Source of the DNA: Acidobacteriota bacterium | GTDB lineage: Bacteria > Acidobacteriota > UBA6911 | Reading direction: 5' to 3' | DNA: 64,000 nucleotides | Assembly: GCA_963664705.1 (NCBI GenBank) | Contig: OY761556.1 | Coordinates: 3,200,001 to 3,264,000, forward strand | In this document: positions 1 through 11,214 of the stretch, in pieces | How the letters are laid out: every line of letters begins with the position of its first letter | Position numbering within the stretch: the stretch's first letter is position 1 | The notes under the pieces: generated by a model | What the model saw: only the letters and a program-made list of their open reading frames with translations | What the model was told of the DNA's origin: nothing | Database searches by the model: none | Program-made: the position numbers and the translations under genes

Positions 1-791
1 GTATTCTCAAACCCGGGTCGAAAGACGTCACGATCATTGAACCAACCAGTGGAAACACGGGAATCGCACTGGCATTTGTATCCGCTTCCCGTGGCTATCC
101 GCTTATCCTGACGATGCCCGAGACGATGTCGCTCGAACGAAGAAGGCTTCTAAAGGCATTTGGAGCCGAGCTTATCCTGACAGAAGGCCCCAAAGGAATG
201 CCGGGCGCGATTGCCCGTGCCGAGGAGATCGCGGCTTCTGACCCTAAAAAATATTGGCTGCCGCAGCAATTTAAAAATCCGGCCAACCCTGAAATTCATT
301 TCAAAACCACAGGGCCAGAGATCTGGGCTGATACGGACGGACAGGTTGACATCCTTGTTTCGGGAGTCGGGACCGGTGGCACGATCACCGGCACCAGCCG
401 ATTCATCGAACAGGTACAGAAGAAGCCGCTCTGGAGCGTCGCCGTTGAACCCGCGGAATCCCCGGTGCTCACCGCGATCAAGAATGGCGAAACACCGAAA
501 CCCGGTCCGCACAAAATCCAGGGAATCGGCGCGGGCTTCAAGCCGGATGTTCTGGACTTGAGCCTTGTAGACGAAATTCAAAGAGTTACGAGCGAGGAAT
601 CGCTCGAGATGGCTCATCGTCTGCACAAAGAGGAAGGGATCACCGCCGGAATTTCTTCCGGAGCTGCGGCCGCCGCAGCCATCAAGGTGGCCTCGCGTCC
701 GGAAAACAAGGGCAAGCTGATCGTTGTAATCCTACCCGATGCCGGAGACCGATATCACTCTTCCGTTTTATTTCAAAGCATCGCGGTATAA
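1..791 (+). CDS. cysK: Cysteine synthase A (O-acetylserine sulfhydrylase), 5' end outside window
   Basis: Frame is open from nt 3 ([26 protein letters not shown]) into ORF 114..791; motifs [30 protein letters not shown]. Confidence 0.95.
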   Translation, partial: ILKPGSKDVTIIEPTSGNTGIALAFVSASRGYPLILTMPETMSLERRRLLKAFGAELILTEGPKGMPGAIARAEEIAASDPKKYWLPQQFKNPANPEIHFKTTGPEIWADTDGQVDILVSGVGTGGTITGTSRFIEQVQKKPLWSVAVEPAESPVLTAIKNGETPKPGPHKIQGIGAGFKPDVLDLSLVDEIQRVTSEESLEMAHRLHKEEGITAGISSGAAAAAAIKVASRPENKGKLIVVILPDAGDRYHSSVLFQSIAV

Positions 792-796
792 GCCTC

Positions 797-1498
797 ATGT
801 CTCTGCGTCTGAATAAAGATATCGAAGCGGTGTTCACCCGGGATCCGGCTGCCAGGTCGCGATTGGAAGTCCTCACCGCGTATCCCGGGTTGCACGCTGT
901 CTGGTTCTATCGTGTTTCGCACTGGTTCTGGAACCGACATCTGTATTGGTTGGGACGGCTGGTTTCGCATGTGGGTCGCCTCGCATCCGGAATAGAAATC
1001 CATCCAGGCGCCAAGATCGGACCAGGGTTCTTTATTGATCATGGCATGGGGGTTGTTATCGGAGAAACGGCCGAAATAGGCGCAAATGCTACGTTGTATC
1101 ACGGCGTGACGCTGGGAGGCACGAGCTGGAACAAGGGCAAGCGGCATCCGACACTCGAAGATGATGTCGTGGTCGGCGCAGGAGCAAAGATACTGGGACC
1201 GATTACAATCGGAGCGCGGACGCGCGTCGGCGCCAACGCAGTCGTCGTCAAAAGCGTGCCCCCCGACTCGGTAGTTGTTGGTATTCCAGGGCGTGTCACC
1301 CATCGGAAAAGTACAACAAAGATGATTCAGTTTGAGAATGGCACAGTCCACAGCCTGGATCTGGAACACGCTTCCATGCCGGACATGACCGGGCGTGCTC
1401 TGCACCATCTTGCGGAAAGAATCGCGCTGATTGAAAAACAACTCGAACTGCCCGGCATTGCAGCGCAACAGGAGGAAACCTGGTTTTATTCCATATAG
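797..1498 (+). CDS. cysE: Serine O-acetyltransferase
   Basis: [39 protein letters not shown] hexapeptide-repeat motifs; follows cysK. Confidence 0.96.
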   Translation: MSLRLNKDIEAVFTRDPAARSRLEVLTAYPGLHAVWFYRVSHWFWNRHLYWLGRLVSHVGRLASGIEIHPGAKIGPGFFIDHGMGVVIGETAEIGANATLYHGVTLGGTSWNKGKRHPTLEDDVVVGAGAKILGPITIGARTRVGANAVVVKSVPPDSVVVGIPGRVTHRKSTTKMIQFENGTVHSLDLEHASMPDMTGRALHHLAERIALIEKQLELPGIAAQQEETWFYSI

Positions 1499-1556
1499 AA
1501 ACCGGGTGAAACAAATCTCCTGGAGCAAGGAGATAGTGTTCATGTTTTCAAGGGGA

Positions 1557-1586
1557 TTGACAAGATAAGGGGAGTAAAGCTATTTT
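1557..1586 (+). promoter_or_regulatory. Putative sigma70 promoter (TTGACA-N18-TATTTT)
   Basis: Perfect -35 and plausible -10 about 14 nt upstream of the riboswitch. Confidence 0.5.
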
Positions 1587-1599
1587 GAATCCGGTTTGA

Positions 1600-1723
1600 A
1601 CTTATCAAGAACGGCTGAGGGAACAGGCCCTGTGACGCCGTAGCAACCGATTCTGCAGCAAAGCCGGCAGAATGACAGGTGCTAAATCCTGCCCCTCCAG
1701 TTTGACGGAGGGGAAAGATGAGG
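1600..1723 (+). ncRNA. SAM-I (S-box) riboswitch
   Basis: CTTATCAAGA..GAGGGA..GGCCC..TGA..GCAACC..GGTGCTAAATCC..AAAGATGAG consensus elements in order, upstream of a Met/Cys gene. Confidence 0.93.
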
Positions 1724-1746
1724 AAGACGCTGACAGTTGCTCCGTT

Positions 1747-1777
1747 GCCTCTTCCCATTCATCTGAAGAGGCTTTTT
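1747..1777 (+). terminator. Riboswitch expression-platform intrinsic terminator
   Basis: GCCTCTTC-loop-GAAGAGGC-TTTTT; the 5' arm can alternatively pair with GATGAGGAAGA of P1 (antiterminator). Confidence 0.85.
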
Positions 1778-1804
1778 AATTCACCCTGAAAAACGGAGGC
1801 ACCT

Positions 1805-2959
1805 ATGCGTTTACAGACCAGAACCATCCACACGGGCGTTGACAAAGACACTGCTTACAACAGCATCATGACGCCCATCTATCAGACTTCCACTTTTCGT
1901 TTTGCAGATATCGGCGTTACTCGAGGCTATGACTACACGCGCACATCCAATCCTACCCGCAAGGCGCTGGAGGAAAACATCGCAGCCCTGGAAGGTGGCG
2001 CGGGCGCCGTGGCCGTGGCCACCGGAATGTCTGCCATCGCGACTACGCTGCATCTGTTCAAATCCGGAGACCACATCGTCTGCACGCACGACTGTTATGG
2101 CGGAACGGACCGAATACTCCGGTTGTACCAGGATCAATTCAACCTCCAGATCAGCTACGTAAATTTGCAGGATCCTTCAAATCTGGAAGCGGCCTTTCGC
2201 CCGAATACGAAAGCCGTCTGGATCGAAACGCCGAGCAACCCCATGCTGAACATCCTGGACATCCGCGCACTCTCACGCATTGCGCATCAAAAGGAAGTCC
2301 TGGCGATTGTAGACAACACATTCCTTTCCCCGGTCAATCAGCGGCCATTCGAACTCGAAGCAGACATCGTCGTCCACTCCACAACCAAATATCTCAACGG
2401 ACACAGCGATGTTGTGGGCGGTGCGGTTGTAGCCAAGGAACAGGTTTATGCAGAGCGTCTTCAGTCTCTCTGTAATGCACTGGGGCAGGGGGCTTCCCCC
2501 TTTGACTGCTGGCTGGTCCTCCGGGGAATCAAAACACTTATCCCAAGAATGCGCCTGCATGAGGAAAATGCAAAGAATGTAGCTCTTTATCTCTCCAACC
2601 ACCCGGCCGTGAAAAAAGTGTATTATCCGGGACTCCCGACGCACAGGCATCACGCCATTGCCCGCAGCCAGCAATCCGGATTTGGAGGCATGGTGTCCTT
2701 CGAGTTGGCTGGGGGGCTGAGCGAGGTAAATCAGTTACTCAGAGCGGTCAAGGTCTTCGCGCTGGCGGAATCGCTGGGCGGAGTGGAATCACTCATCGAC
2801 CACCCGGTCAGCATGACCCACGCGTCCATGGATCCACAGCTTCGCCAGGAAGCAGGAATCACGGAAAACCTCATTCGGCTTTCCGTAGGACTTGAGAGCA
2901 TTGAAGATATACTTGAGGATCTCGGTCAGGCGCTCGATGCAATTCCGGGAATCCGCTAG
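1805..2959 (+). CDS. metB: Cystathionine gamma-synthase/lyase (Cys/Met metabolism PLP enzyme)
   Basis: YTRTSNPT, ETPSNP, DNTF, STTKYLNGHSD (PLP lysine), AESLGGVESL; under a SAM riboswitch. Exact specificity (metB/metC/mccB) is uncertain. Confidence 0.8.
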   Translation: MRLQTRTIHTGVDKDTAYNSIMTPIYQTSTFRFADIGVTRGYDYTRTSNPTRKALEENIAALEGGAGAVAVATGMSAIATTLHLFKSGDHIVCTHDCYGGTDRILRLYQDQFNLQISYVNLQDPSNLEAAFRPNTKAVWIETPSNPMLNILDIRALSRIAHQKEVLAIVDNTFLSPVNQRPFELEADIVVHSTTKYLNGHSDVVGGAVVAKEQVYAERLQSLCNALGQGASPFDCWLVLRGIKTLIPRMRLHEENAKNVALYLSNHPAVKKVYYPGLPTHRHHAIARSQQSGFGGMVSFELAGGLSEVNQLLRAVKVFALAESLGGVESLIDHPVSMTHASMDPQLRQEAGITENLIRLSVGLESIEDILEDLGQALDAIPGIR

Positions 2960-2977
2960 CATCGGCGCCTGGGATAT

Positions 2978-3017
2978 TCGTGAAATCTGTGGCCGGTATT
3001 TGCCACGGATTTCACGA
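2978..3017. repeat. REP-like palindrome between convergent genes
   Basis: TCGTGAAATCTGTGGC-8nt-GCCACGGATTTCACGA (15/16 paired); related copy at 17402-17445. Confidence 0.6.
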
Positions 3018-4355
3018 GTGCGTGAAGTTGCTTTGATGAACAGCCGGGGCAACGATTCCCCGGCACTCGCCCAGACCGATCGAAGCAAATCCCTTGCGTC
3101 GTGCATGGGCACTAAAGATCACTTCGTCGCCATCCTCCAAAAACCGGCGTTCCTCTCCATTGGGAAGCAATACCGGATCCGTACCTCGCCATGCCAATTC
3201 AAGCAGACAGCCGCGCGAGCTCTTATCAACGCCGGAAACAGTCCCACTAGCCATCAAATCTCCGGGCATCAGATTGCATCCATTACTGGCGTGGTGCGTT
3301 ACCAACTGCGCAAAGGTCCAATACAGATTTGTCAGATTACTGCAGCTCACCCCGGCAGGATGCTGCAGATCCTCACGCATCCGCTCCGTATAAATCGAAA
3401 CCTGCAGATCTAGATCTATCCCACCCGTTTGCGCATTTTCGCTGGAAAACAGATACGGCAATGGGGCGGGATCGTCGGGATCGCGAACTGGCGCCGGGCA
3501 GCGATAAGGAGCCAGAGCTTCCATCGAAACAACCCAGGGAGAAATTGTGGTTGCAAAACTTTTGGCAAGAAATGGCCCAAGAGGCTGATACTCCCACTTC
3601 TGGATGTCCCGGGCGGACCAGTCGTTGACAAGGCATATTCCAAAAAGATGCGATTCCGCATTGGTCATCCGGATCGGTTTTCCCAATGGGTTGCCATGCC
3701 CGATAAGGGCGCCAATCTCGAGCTCATAATCCAGCATTCGGCACGGACCGAAGTCCGGTGCAAATCCCGGGTGCTCGAGCTGGCCGCATGGGCGGCAGAT
3801 CGACGTCCCGCTTACGACAATGGAGGAAGCCCGGCCATGGTAACCAATCGGGACATATCGATAATTGGGAAAAAGCGGGCTGTCCGGGCGAAACATGCTC
3901 CCGACATTCCGCGCGTGATGAATAGAAGCATAGAAATCGGTATAGTCTCCAATTCTTGCAGGCATCAACATCGTGCAGCTTCTCATCGGAATCAGGCTAT
4001 CATCGATTTGACCTGCCAGTGATTTCGCTTTCTCTCCCGTTTGAAGCAGCCGGCTGACGTGCATTCTCAGCCGCGACCACAACTCGGGATCGAGAGCCAT
4101 CAACCGATTTAGCTGTTCCGCCGCACATGCATCCAGCAGGGGAAGCGGGAGTCCATCCAGAAGACCCCGTTTTCCGCACTCAAATAAATCCAGAATCCTA
4201 TCTCCAATTGCGATACCTATATGGGGAGTTTTGTTGCCCTTGGTAAAAATCCCGAGCGGGAGATTTTGAATCGGGAACTCCGTCTCCGGATTGTGAGCAG
4301 ACTCAACTCTGCACTTCAGGGCGGGGTCATGCGTTTCGTTCAGTTCGTAGATCAT
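3012..4355 (-). CDS. fahA: Fumarylacetoacetase
   Basis: FPIQNLP, GDYTDFYAS..HA, PIGYHGRASS, DYELE, NDWSARDIQKWEYQPLGPF. Confidence 0.95.
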   Translation of the reverse strand: MIYELNETHDPALKCRVESAHNPETEFPIQNLPLGIFTKGNKTPHIGIAIGDRILDLFECGKRGLLDGLPLPLLDACAAEQLNRLMALDPELWSRLRMHVSRLLQTGEKAKSLAGQIDDSLIPMRSCTMLMPARIGDYTDFYASIHHARNVGSMFRPDSPLFPNYRYVPIGYHGRASSIVVSGTSICRPCGQLEHPGFAPDFGPCRMLDYELEIGALIGHGNPLGKPIRMTNAESHLFGICLVNDWSARDIQKWEYQPLGPFLAKSFATTISPWVVSMEALAPYRCPAPVRDPDDPAPLPYLFSSENAQTGGIDLDLQVSIYTERMREDLQHPAGVSCSNLTNLYWTFAQLVTHHASNGCNLMPGDLMASGTVSGVDKSSRGCLLELAWRGTDPVLLPNGEERRFLEDGDEVIFSAHARRKGFASIGLGECRGIVAPAVHQSNFTHS

Positions 4356-5206
4356 AGGAGTCCGAGTTTTTTCATATCTGAAATGGGTTCAACAAAAGAA
4401 CAGGAACCGAAGGAGACGAGAAAACGCTCTCGCATGGCCAGGATATGTTTATTTGGAAAACTCCAGACATTCCATCCGATAGACGCCGCTTCGAAATGAA
4501 AGGATTCCCGACTTTCATCGGACAGGATTTGCTCAACCGTCTCTTCACAGCATCCCGCATACGCCGCAGCGGCGGCGATAAGCAGATTCAGAAACCCGTG
4601 CATCATCGTCGAAGGACCGGACTCCTCATACGTCAGAGGATAGAACGATCGGATGGCATGGTGCAGTCCGGCGGTAGCTTTGAACCGAACCGCTCGTTCA
4701 GCACAGGAAACCAGAAACCGACTCACCTGGGCGGGGGTTGGAAAGAGCTCGCTCTTGACTCCACCGGCTCGAATCTTGCCGTAAATGCCGCGCTGGCCCA
4801 TACTCGCAATCAGGGCCTCGATATTTTCATCAATCGGCACCTCGCAATAGATCGTGAATCCCGGAAAACACTGGAGCAATTGATCCATATCCTCAGCGCT
4901 GGCTATCTTCGCTTCAATTGAATCGATGGCGATGGAGCTTTTCGCCTGAAGGCGCCTGACCTTGGCTGCATCCGCCTTCACGTCCGGGCCTATCAACAGG
5001 CTGAGGTGGATTTCCTGATCGGCCCCATATTCATCCAGTTCGTTGAGCCGTGAGGCAGGAATGATAAAACGGCCCAGAGCCCAAAGGTGCTCGGTCGCCC
5101 GGTATTCCGCGTAATTCTTAAGGGCCTGATTCATGCCAAGGCTTGCGGGAGGGAAAAGCCCTGCATAATCAATGGCCGAATGCAGCAACTGACGAACGGA
5201 ATTCAT
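4352..5206 (-). CDS. Conserved hypothetical protein (DYAGLFPPA / FKATAGLHH motifs) inside the homogentisate operon
   Basis: 284-aa ORF overlapping the hmgA stop and the fahA start by 4 nt each. Confidence 0.85.
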   Translation of the reverse strand: MNSVRQLLHSAIDYAGLFPPASLGMNQALKNYAEYRATEHLWALGRFIIPASRLNELDEYGADQEIHLSLLIGPDVKADAAKVRRLQAKSSIAIDSIEAKIASAEDMDQLLQCFPGFTIYCEVPIDENIEALIASMGQRGIYGKIRAGGVKSELFPTPAQVSRFLVSCAERAVRFKATAGLHHAIRSFYPLTYEESGPSTMMHGFLNLLIAAAAAYAGCCEETVEQILSDESRESFHFEAASIGWNVWSFPNKHILAMRERFLVSFGSCSFVEPISDMKKLGLL

Positions 5207-6402
5207 AAAACCTTTGGCCCCTCAAGCCCGGTGGGATGGGCAGCAGAATCAGAACGCCAGGAGAGGTAGTAATCATGATCCTCAAAAGCGAGCGCCTGCC
5301 TGCTGACTCTGAGTGGGCGAAACGTATCAATCATCACAGCCAGTTCATCGGTGGCCGACTTCCCGATCGACTCTTCCGTGCGGCCCGGCTGTGGACCATG
5401 GGGCAGCCCACTAGGATGGAGTGTGATGGAGCCCTTTTCTATACCCCTTCGGCTCATGAATTCGCCCCGCACATAGTAAAGGACCTCATCCGACATAACA
5501 TTGGAATGGTTGTATGGCGCAGGGATGGCCTCGGGGTCAAAGTCAAAGGGACGAGGGCAGAAGGAACAGACAACATATCCGCTCCCCTCGAACATCTGAT
5601 GAATCGGAGGAGGCAAATGAAACCGCCCCACGCGCGGCTCAAAATCATCAATATTGATGGCCCACGGATAGTAATACCCATCCCACCCCACGACATCCAA
5701 AGGATGCTGCTCGACCGTAACCTCTGTGATTTGGTTCCTCGCTTTTACAAGAATTCTGAATTCTCCTTTTTCATCATGCAGCGGCAGAGCAACCGGAGGG
5801 CGAATATCCCTCTCGGAGTACGGGCTGGATTCCAGCAACTGCCCTTGATTGTTTTGATAGCGCGCCGGCAGGCAAAGATCTCCGGCACTTTCCAGAACCA
5901 GCAAGCGGACCATCTCCGGATTGATGCGGATGCGATGCAATATCCCCCTGGGCACCACGATATAGTCGCCGTCCCGGAAAGGCACCTCCCCCATTTGTGA
6001 TTCAAGAATTCCAGAGCCTTCCACCACAAAAATCAGCTCATCCCCCTGCGCATTGCGATAGAAGAAATCATCAGTTTTTCCCGGCTGCACGACAGACAGC
6101 GCGATATCCTGGTTGAACAGCAACGGAGTTCTGTTCAAGGTCGCGCTCGATACGGGCTGCAGAGAACTGGTCCTAAAATGACGAAGCCTAAGAGCAGGAT
6201 CCAGATCCGATTCCCATGCGAATATCGCGCCAGGAATGCTGCGACAGACTGCGGTCGGCGGCCGCAGATGATAGAGAAGCGAGGATGCGCCCAGGAATCC
6301 GTGATTCCCGATTAATTCCTCGGTATGGAGTCCACCATCGCTCGATCGAAAGATGCTGTGACGCTTTCGAGGGATCTCCCCCAGCCGGTGATATCTTGGC
6401 AT
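5203..6402 (-). CDS. hmgA: Homogentisate 1,2-dioxygenase
   Basis: HPLDVVGWDG, HLPPPIH, PYNHSNVMSDE, LHPSGLPHGP Fe-binding motifs. Confidence 0.93.
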   Translation of the reverse strand: MPRYHRLGEIPRKRHSIFRSSDGGLHTEELIGNHGFLGASSLLYHLRPPTAVCRSIPGAIFAWESDLDPALRLRHFRTSSLQPVSSATLNRTPLLFNQDIALSVVQPGKTDDFFYRNAQGDELIFVVEGSGILESQMGEVPFRDGDYIVVPRGILHRIRINPEMVRLLVLESAGDLCLPARYQNNQGQLLESSPYSERDIRPPVALPLHDEKGEFRILVKARNQITEVTVEQHPLDVVGWDGYYYPWAINIDDFEPRVGRFHLPPPIHQMFEGSGYVVCSFCPRPFDFDPEAIPAPYNHSNVMSDEVLYYVRGEFMSRRGIEKGSITLHPSGLPHGPQPGRTEESIGKSATDELAVMIDTFRPLRVSRQALAFEDHDYYLSWRSDSAAHPTGLEGPKVL

Positions 6403-6423
6403 AGCTTTGTCTCCGCGTATGCT

Positions 6424-7512
6424 CTATAGATTGCCGCGTCGGGCCTGCTCCCGTTCAATGGCTTCAAACAGAGCCTTGAAATTGCCTTTCCCAAATCCGC
6501 GGCTGCCTCTTCTCTGTATGATCTCGAAAAACAGCGTCGGCCTGTCCGCAACCGGCTGTGTAAAGATCTGCAGCAGATATCCCTCCTCATCCCGGTCAAC
6601 CAGAATTCCAAGCCTGCGGATATCGTCAACAGATTCCTGGATCGTCCCAACTCTCTCGGACAGCACCTGGTAATAATTGTCGGGCACACGCAGGAAGGAA
6701 ACGCCGTTATCCCGAAGCGCGCTGACCGTTTGGATAATGTCCCCGGTCAAAAGGGCAATATGTTGAACTCCAGGCCCCTGATAATAATCGAGGTATTCCT
6801 GAATCTGACTCTTGTGTTTACCGGGGGCAGGCTCATTGATCGGCATCTTGAGTGCGGCAGAATCGTTGGCCATGACGATACTCATGAGCGCACTGTATTC
6901 GGTGGAGATGTCTTTGTCGTCAAAGCTCATATACCGTCGAAATCCCAGGACGCGCCCGTACCAATCCGCCCATACGCTCATATTCCCCAATTCCACATTT
7001 CCTACGAGATGGTCGACAAAAACAACACCGGTGCTTTTTGCGGGCACCAATGCCGATTCGAATCCCGGCAGGAAGGGACCCTGGTATCCATTCCTGGTAA
7101 TAAAGGAATGGATGGTATCGCCATAAGTTCGGATGGCGGCGCGCCGGACAGTACCCTGCTTATCCTTCAGGGATTCCGGTAGAATCACGGCCTCAGCTCC
7201 GTGCGAAAGAGCTGTCTCAAAGGCCTGATCTGCGTCCTCCACTTCAAACGCGATATCGCGGACTCCGTCCCCATGCTTCCGTATGTGCTCGCTCATGACA
7301 TCATCCGGATGCAGCGGCGTGGTAAAAACAAATTTGATCTCAGCCTGGGTCAATACGTAGGAGGTGTGATCGCGATGCCCGGTTTCCAGCCCGGCATATG
7401 CCGTCTGAGAGAAACCAAAAGCCCTGCGATAAAAGAACGCCGCCTGTTGGGCATTCCCCACAAGAAATTCGACATGATGCAGTCGCTTAAGTTTCAAAGG
7501 GTTTTTGTCCAT
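6424..7512 (-). CDS. hppD: 4-hydroxyphenylpyruvate dioxygenase
   Basis: [53 protein letters not shown]; start chosen at the ATG with an AGGA RBS (alternatives 7527/7533). Confidence 0.96.
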   Translation of the reverse strand: MDKNPLKLKRLHHVEFLVGNAQQAAFFYRRAFGFSQTAYAGLETGHRDHTSYVLTQAEIKFVFTTPLHPDDVMSEHIRKHGDGVRDIAFEVEDADQAFETALSHGAEAVILPESLKDKQGTVRRAAIRTYGDTIHSFITRNGYQGPFLPGFESALVPAKSTGVVFVDHLVGNVELGNMSVWADWYGRVLGFRRYMSFDDKDISTEYSALMSIVMANDSAALKMPINEPAPGKHKSQIQEYLDYYQGPGVQHIALLTGDIIQTVSALRDNGVSFLRVPDNYYQVLSERVGTIQESVDDIRRLGILVDRDEEGYLLQIFTQPVADRPTLFFEIIQRRGSRGFGKGNFKALFEAIEREQARRGNL

Positions 7513-9502
7513 GTTTATCCTGTTCATGTGCATTTCGAGTTATCTGCCGGATGGCTTCTATAGATTCGGGGTTTTCCAATGCCGAAATGTTATCCAGGCT
7601 TTCACCCAGAAACGCCTGGCGTAGAACGCGTCGCATGATCTTGGAATTGCGGGTGCGGGGGAGTGAGGGGATCAGGAATATTTTTTCCGGACATAAGGGT
7701 TTGCCGAGCAACTGCGCCACGAGTTGCTGCAGCTCCGCCCCCAGGTTGGCATTTTCTCCATTCGACTTTACCGGGACGCAAAAGGCAACAGCAACATTTC
7801 CTTTGATATCATGCGGAACGCCGACTACAGCAGCTTCCGCCACAAACGGATGTGAAACCAAAACCGACTCTATTTCCGCAGGGCCGATGCGTTTACCGGC
7901 AATCTTCAGCGTATCGTCGCTCCGCCCCAAAATCTGCCAATGCCCATCGAGATCAATCCTGGCCCAGTCCCCGTGTCGCCATGTTTCAGGCCACCGATCC
8001 CAGTAGATCTTGAGATAGCGTTCGGGATCCTTCCAAATCCCCCGCGCCATTCCAATCCATGGTTTTCGGATGATCAGTTCACCGACCTCGTTTCGCAGAG
8101 GCTGCCCTGAATCATCGACTACATCCGCGGCAATCCCGGGACAGGGGCCACTGAACGAACATGGTTTCATTGGCGAAAGAGGATTTCCCATTAATATTCC
8201 ACCGGAGATTTCCGTACCTCCCGAATAGTTGATGATGGGGATTTTTTCTCCGCCTACTTTTTGAAACAGCCAGAACCAGGGGTCGGGATTCCAAGGCTCT
8301 CCAGTGGAGGCAAGAATACGCAGACTGGACAGATTATGCTTTATCCGCGGCACGTCGCTCTGGCGCGATATCGAACGGACAAGTGCAGGGGACAGGCCAA
8401 AAACTGTAACCTTATGGTCTGCAGAAAACTGCCATATTCGATCGGACTCAGGGTAGTCCGGTGCTCCATCATAGAGCACCATGGTCGCACCCAGAATAGT
8501 TGCGCCATAAATGAGCCAGGGCCCCATCATCCAACCGATATCGGTAATCCACGAAATCCTGTCTCCAGGCCCGACATCGGTTCCGAAACACATATCCTGA
8601 GCAGCCTTGACAGGAAATCCACAATGGGAGTGAACAATCCCCTTGGGGTTTCCCGTCGTACCGGATGTGTAGAGGATTATCAGCGGTGCCTCCGCGTCCG
8701 TCCGCTCGAGGTCGCAGAGCCCGGACTTGTTTCTTATTCCCAATCCGATGAGGTCATCCCAGAACAAATCACGGGTCCGTTGAAAAGGAACTGTCATGCC
8801 CATTCGGTGGACCACGATCAGGTGCCGCACGGACTCGCACCGTTCAACAGCCGCTGCTGCGTTATCGTGAGCTGGAACAGGCTCACCCCGCCGCGGAAAT
8901 GCATCGCAGGTAAAAAGCGCTTTGGCGCCCACATCCCGAAGTCTCGATTCAATAGCTGCAGGACCAAAGCCCGAAAACAGGGGTACGGCGATAGCCCCGA
9001 TGCGCGCCAGGGCCAGCAGGACGGCAACCGTCTCAGGCATCATTGGCAGATGAATGCCAACGGCATCTCCACGCCGGATCCCCAAAGCCCTCAGCCCCGC
9101 AGAGCCGTTTTCTACCATGAAAAAGAGCTCGGCATAGGTAATGGACCTTGTATGCCCCTCTTCCCCTTCCCATATAACCGCCGGAACAGAGGCTCGCTCC
9201 GTTGCCAGATGCTGATCGAGGCAGCTTTGGGCAATATTCAGACCTCCTCCGGCACACCATTGAGCCCATGGCATCCCCCGAGACAAATCCAGCAGCTGGG
9301 AGTAGGGCCGATCGAAGCGAATATTCAGAAAGGTCAGAACGTTTTCCGTAAACCAGGGAACATCTTCAACGGAACGGCGGTAAAGGGCTTCATAGCTATC
9401 CATGCCGCAATATGCCAGAAATGCCTGCAGCCTGGATTTCAAACGGATAGTATCGTCGGGACGCCAGACGATATCCTCAAGTCGATTCGTCTCTTGGGCC
9501 AT
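7487..9502 (-). CDS. AMP-forming acyl-CoA synthetase (acetate/acetoacetate-CoA ligase-like)
   Basis: [14 protein letters not shown]-binding loop, [27 protein letters not shown]; first gene of the Tyr catabolic operon. Confidence 0.88.
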   Translation of the reverse strand: MAQETNRLEDIVWRPDDTIRLKSRLQAFLAYCGMDSYEALYRRSVEDVPWFTENVLTFLNIRFDRPYSQLLDLSRGMPWAQWCAGGGLNIAQSCLDQHLATERASVPAVIWEGEEGHTRSITYAELFFMVENGSAGLRALGIRRGDAVGIHLPMMPETVAVLLALARIGAIAVPLFSGFGPAAIESRLRDVGAKALFTCDAFPRRGEPVPAHDNAAAAVERCESVRHLIVVHRMGMTVPFQRTRDLFWDDLIGLGIRNKSGLCDLERTDAEAPLIILYTSGTTGNPKGIVHSHCGFPVKAAQDMCFGTDVGPGDRISWITDIGWMMGPWLIYGATILGATMVLYDGAPDYPESDRIWQFSADHKVTVFGLSPALVRSISRQSDVPRIKHNLSSLRILASTGEPWNPDPWFWLFQKVGGEKIPIINYSGGTEISGGILMGNPLSPMKPCSFSGPCPGIAADVVDDSGQPLRNEVGELIIRKPWIGMARGIWKDPERYLKIYWDRWPETWRHGDWARIDLDGHWQILGRSDDTLKIAGKRIGPAEIESVLVSHPFVAEAAVVGVPHDIKGNVAVAFCVPVKSNGENANLGAELQQLVAQLLGKPLCPEKIFLIPSLPRTRNSKIMRRVLRQAFLGESLDNISALENPESIEAIRQITRNAHEQDKHGQKPFET

Positions 9503-9743
9503 ATTCCTAAGAACTCAGGGGGGGAGCAATGGGCATAACCCATTTGCAGGTCTGTATAAATAATAAGCGAAGACCTTTGGCCTGCCAAGGCCAAGGCTGA
9601 AGAGGAGCTTGTTTCGGCAAACAACCTTCATCCAGGTCGTCGCCGCAACCGCTTTAGGGTCATAAATCCTGCGAATTGCACAAGTCAATTTGAGCATATT
9701 GGGAGGACCTATGTATAATGAGCCCTCGAAAGGGGCTAATCGA

Positions 9744-11189
9744 ATGCGATCATTAAAATATGGAATTCTGTTGTGTGCGCTGGTCACAATGTTCGGAATA
9801 GCAACTCTTGTGGCGCAACAGCCCGCGCCGCCCTCGATTTCAGGGGATACCAAAAACTGGACGACGCAGGATGATCACCAGGACATGATGAAGCAACTGG
9901 GTATCCGGGCGCTCCGTCCTGGTCCGAGCGGCAATGAGAGCGCTCCCAATCATGCCAACTATGACGAGAGCCTGGCCAACCCATATCCAAACCTTCCGGA
10001 AGTTCTCGTGATGAAAAATGGGAAAAAGGTCACCTCAGCAAAAACGTGGTGGAAGAAACGACGTCCGGAAATTATCGAAGATTTCGAACGGGAGGTCCTG
10101 GGTCGCATTCCCGCAAACGTGCCGAAAGTAACGTGGACCGTCACCAATTCGACAGAAGCCAAAATAGGAACCTATCCGGTCGTTGGCAAACAACTGGTCG
10201 GACACGTGGATAACTCTTCCTACCCTGCTGTTAATGTCGACATTCAGATGATCCTGGTGACGCCAGCGGAAGCAAAAAAGCCCGTCCCCGTAATGATGAT
10301 GTTTGGATTCGGTTACCTGCCCGGAACCACACCACCTCCTGGCCCGGGGGGACGTGGATTCGGCCCTCCTCCGACCGGAAGTGATCCTCCGTCAACGGAG
10401 CAGCTGATCGCGGACGGCTGGGGGTACGCCTATGTCAATCCGAACAGTGTTCAGGCCGACAACGGTGCGGGCCTGACCAAAGGAATCATCGGCCTTGTCA
10501 ATAAGGGGCAACCGCGAAAGCCGGATGACTGGGGGTCACTGCGCGCCTGGGCTTGGGGAGCATCGCGGGCACTCGATTACCTCGAAACAGATAAAGCCAC
10601 CGATGCGAAACATGTCGGGATTGAAGGTGTCTCTCGATATGGAAAGGCAGCCCTGGTTACAATGGCGTTTGACACCAGGTTCGCCGTAGTTCTCGTCGGC
10701 TCATCCGGCGAGGGCGGCGCGAAGCTGCATCGCCGAAACTGGGGGGAGGCGGTGGAAAACCTTACCGGATCCGGCGAATACCATTGGATGGCCGGGAATT
10801 TCCTGAAATACGGAGCCTCGGAAGCCGAATTCGGAAGCAAAAATGCCGGCGACATCCCAGTGGATGCGCACCAGTTGATCGCCTTGTGTGCTCCACGATT
10901 GACCTTCATCAGCTATGGCATCCCTGAAAAAGGAGATGCCAAATGGCTTGATCAGCAGGGAAGTTATATGGCAACCGTTGCGGCCGGCCCCGTTTTTCGC
11001 CTGCTTGGGGCAAAAGACCTTGGAACCTCCGACAATTATAAAACCGAGAAAATGCCGGCAGTGAACGTCGGCCTGCTCAATGGGCAACTTGCATGGAGGC
11101 AGCATGACGGCGGTCACACGGATGGCCCAAACTGGAAGTACTTCATTCCCTGGGCGGATAAGTTTTTTGGACGCTCATTGACCAAGTAA
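9744..11189 (+). CDS. Secreted CE15-family (glucuronoyl/acetylxylan) esterase
   Basis: Signal peptide; AWAWGASRALDYL and GVSRYGK nucleophile motif, SGEGG, PVDAHQLIAL, GGH. Confidence 0.8.
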   Translation: MRSLKYGILLCALVTMFGIATLVAQQPAPPSISGDTKNWTTQDDHQDMMKQLGIRALRPGPSGNESAPNHANYDESLANPYPNLPEVLVMKNGKKVTSAKTWWKKRRPEIIEDFEREVLGRIPANVPKVTWTVTNSTEAKIGTYPVVGKQLVGHVDNSSYPAVNVDIQMILVTPAEAKKPVPVMMMFGFGYLPGTTPPPGPGGRGFGPPPTGSDPPSTEQLIADGWGYAYVNPNSVQADNGAGLTKGIIGLVNKGQPRKPDDWGSLRAWAWGASRALDYLETDKATDAKHVGIEGVSRYGKAALVTMAFDTRFAVVLVGSSGEGGAKLHRRNWGEAVENLTGSGEYHWMAGNFLKYGASEAEFGSKNAGDIPVDAHQLIALCAPRLTFISYGIPEKGDAKWLDQQGSYMATVAAGPVFRLLGAKDLGTSDNYKTEKMPAVNVGLLNGQLAWRQHDGGHTDGPNWKYFIPWADKFFGRSLTK

Positions 11190-11214
11190 CTGAATTAAAG
11201 CAAGGCAGACACGG

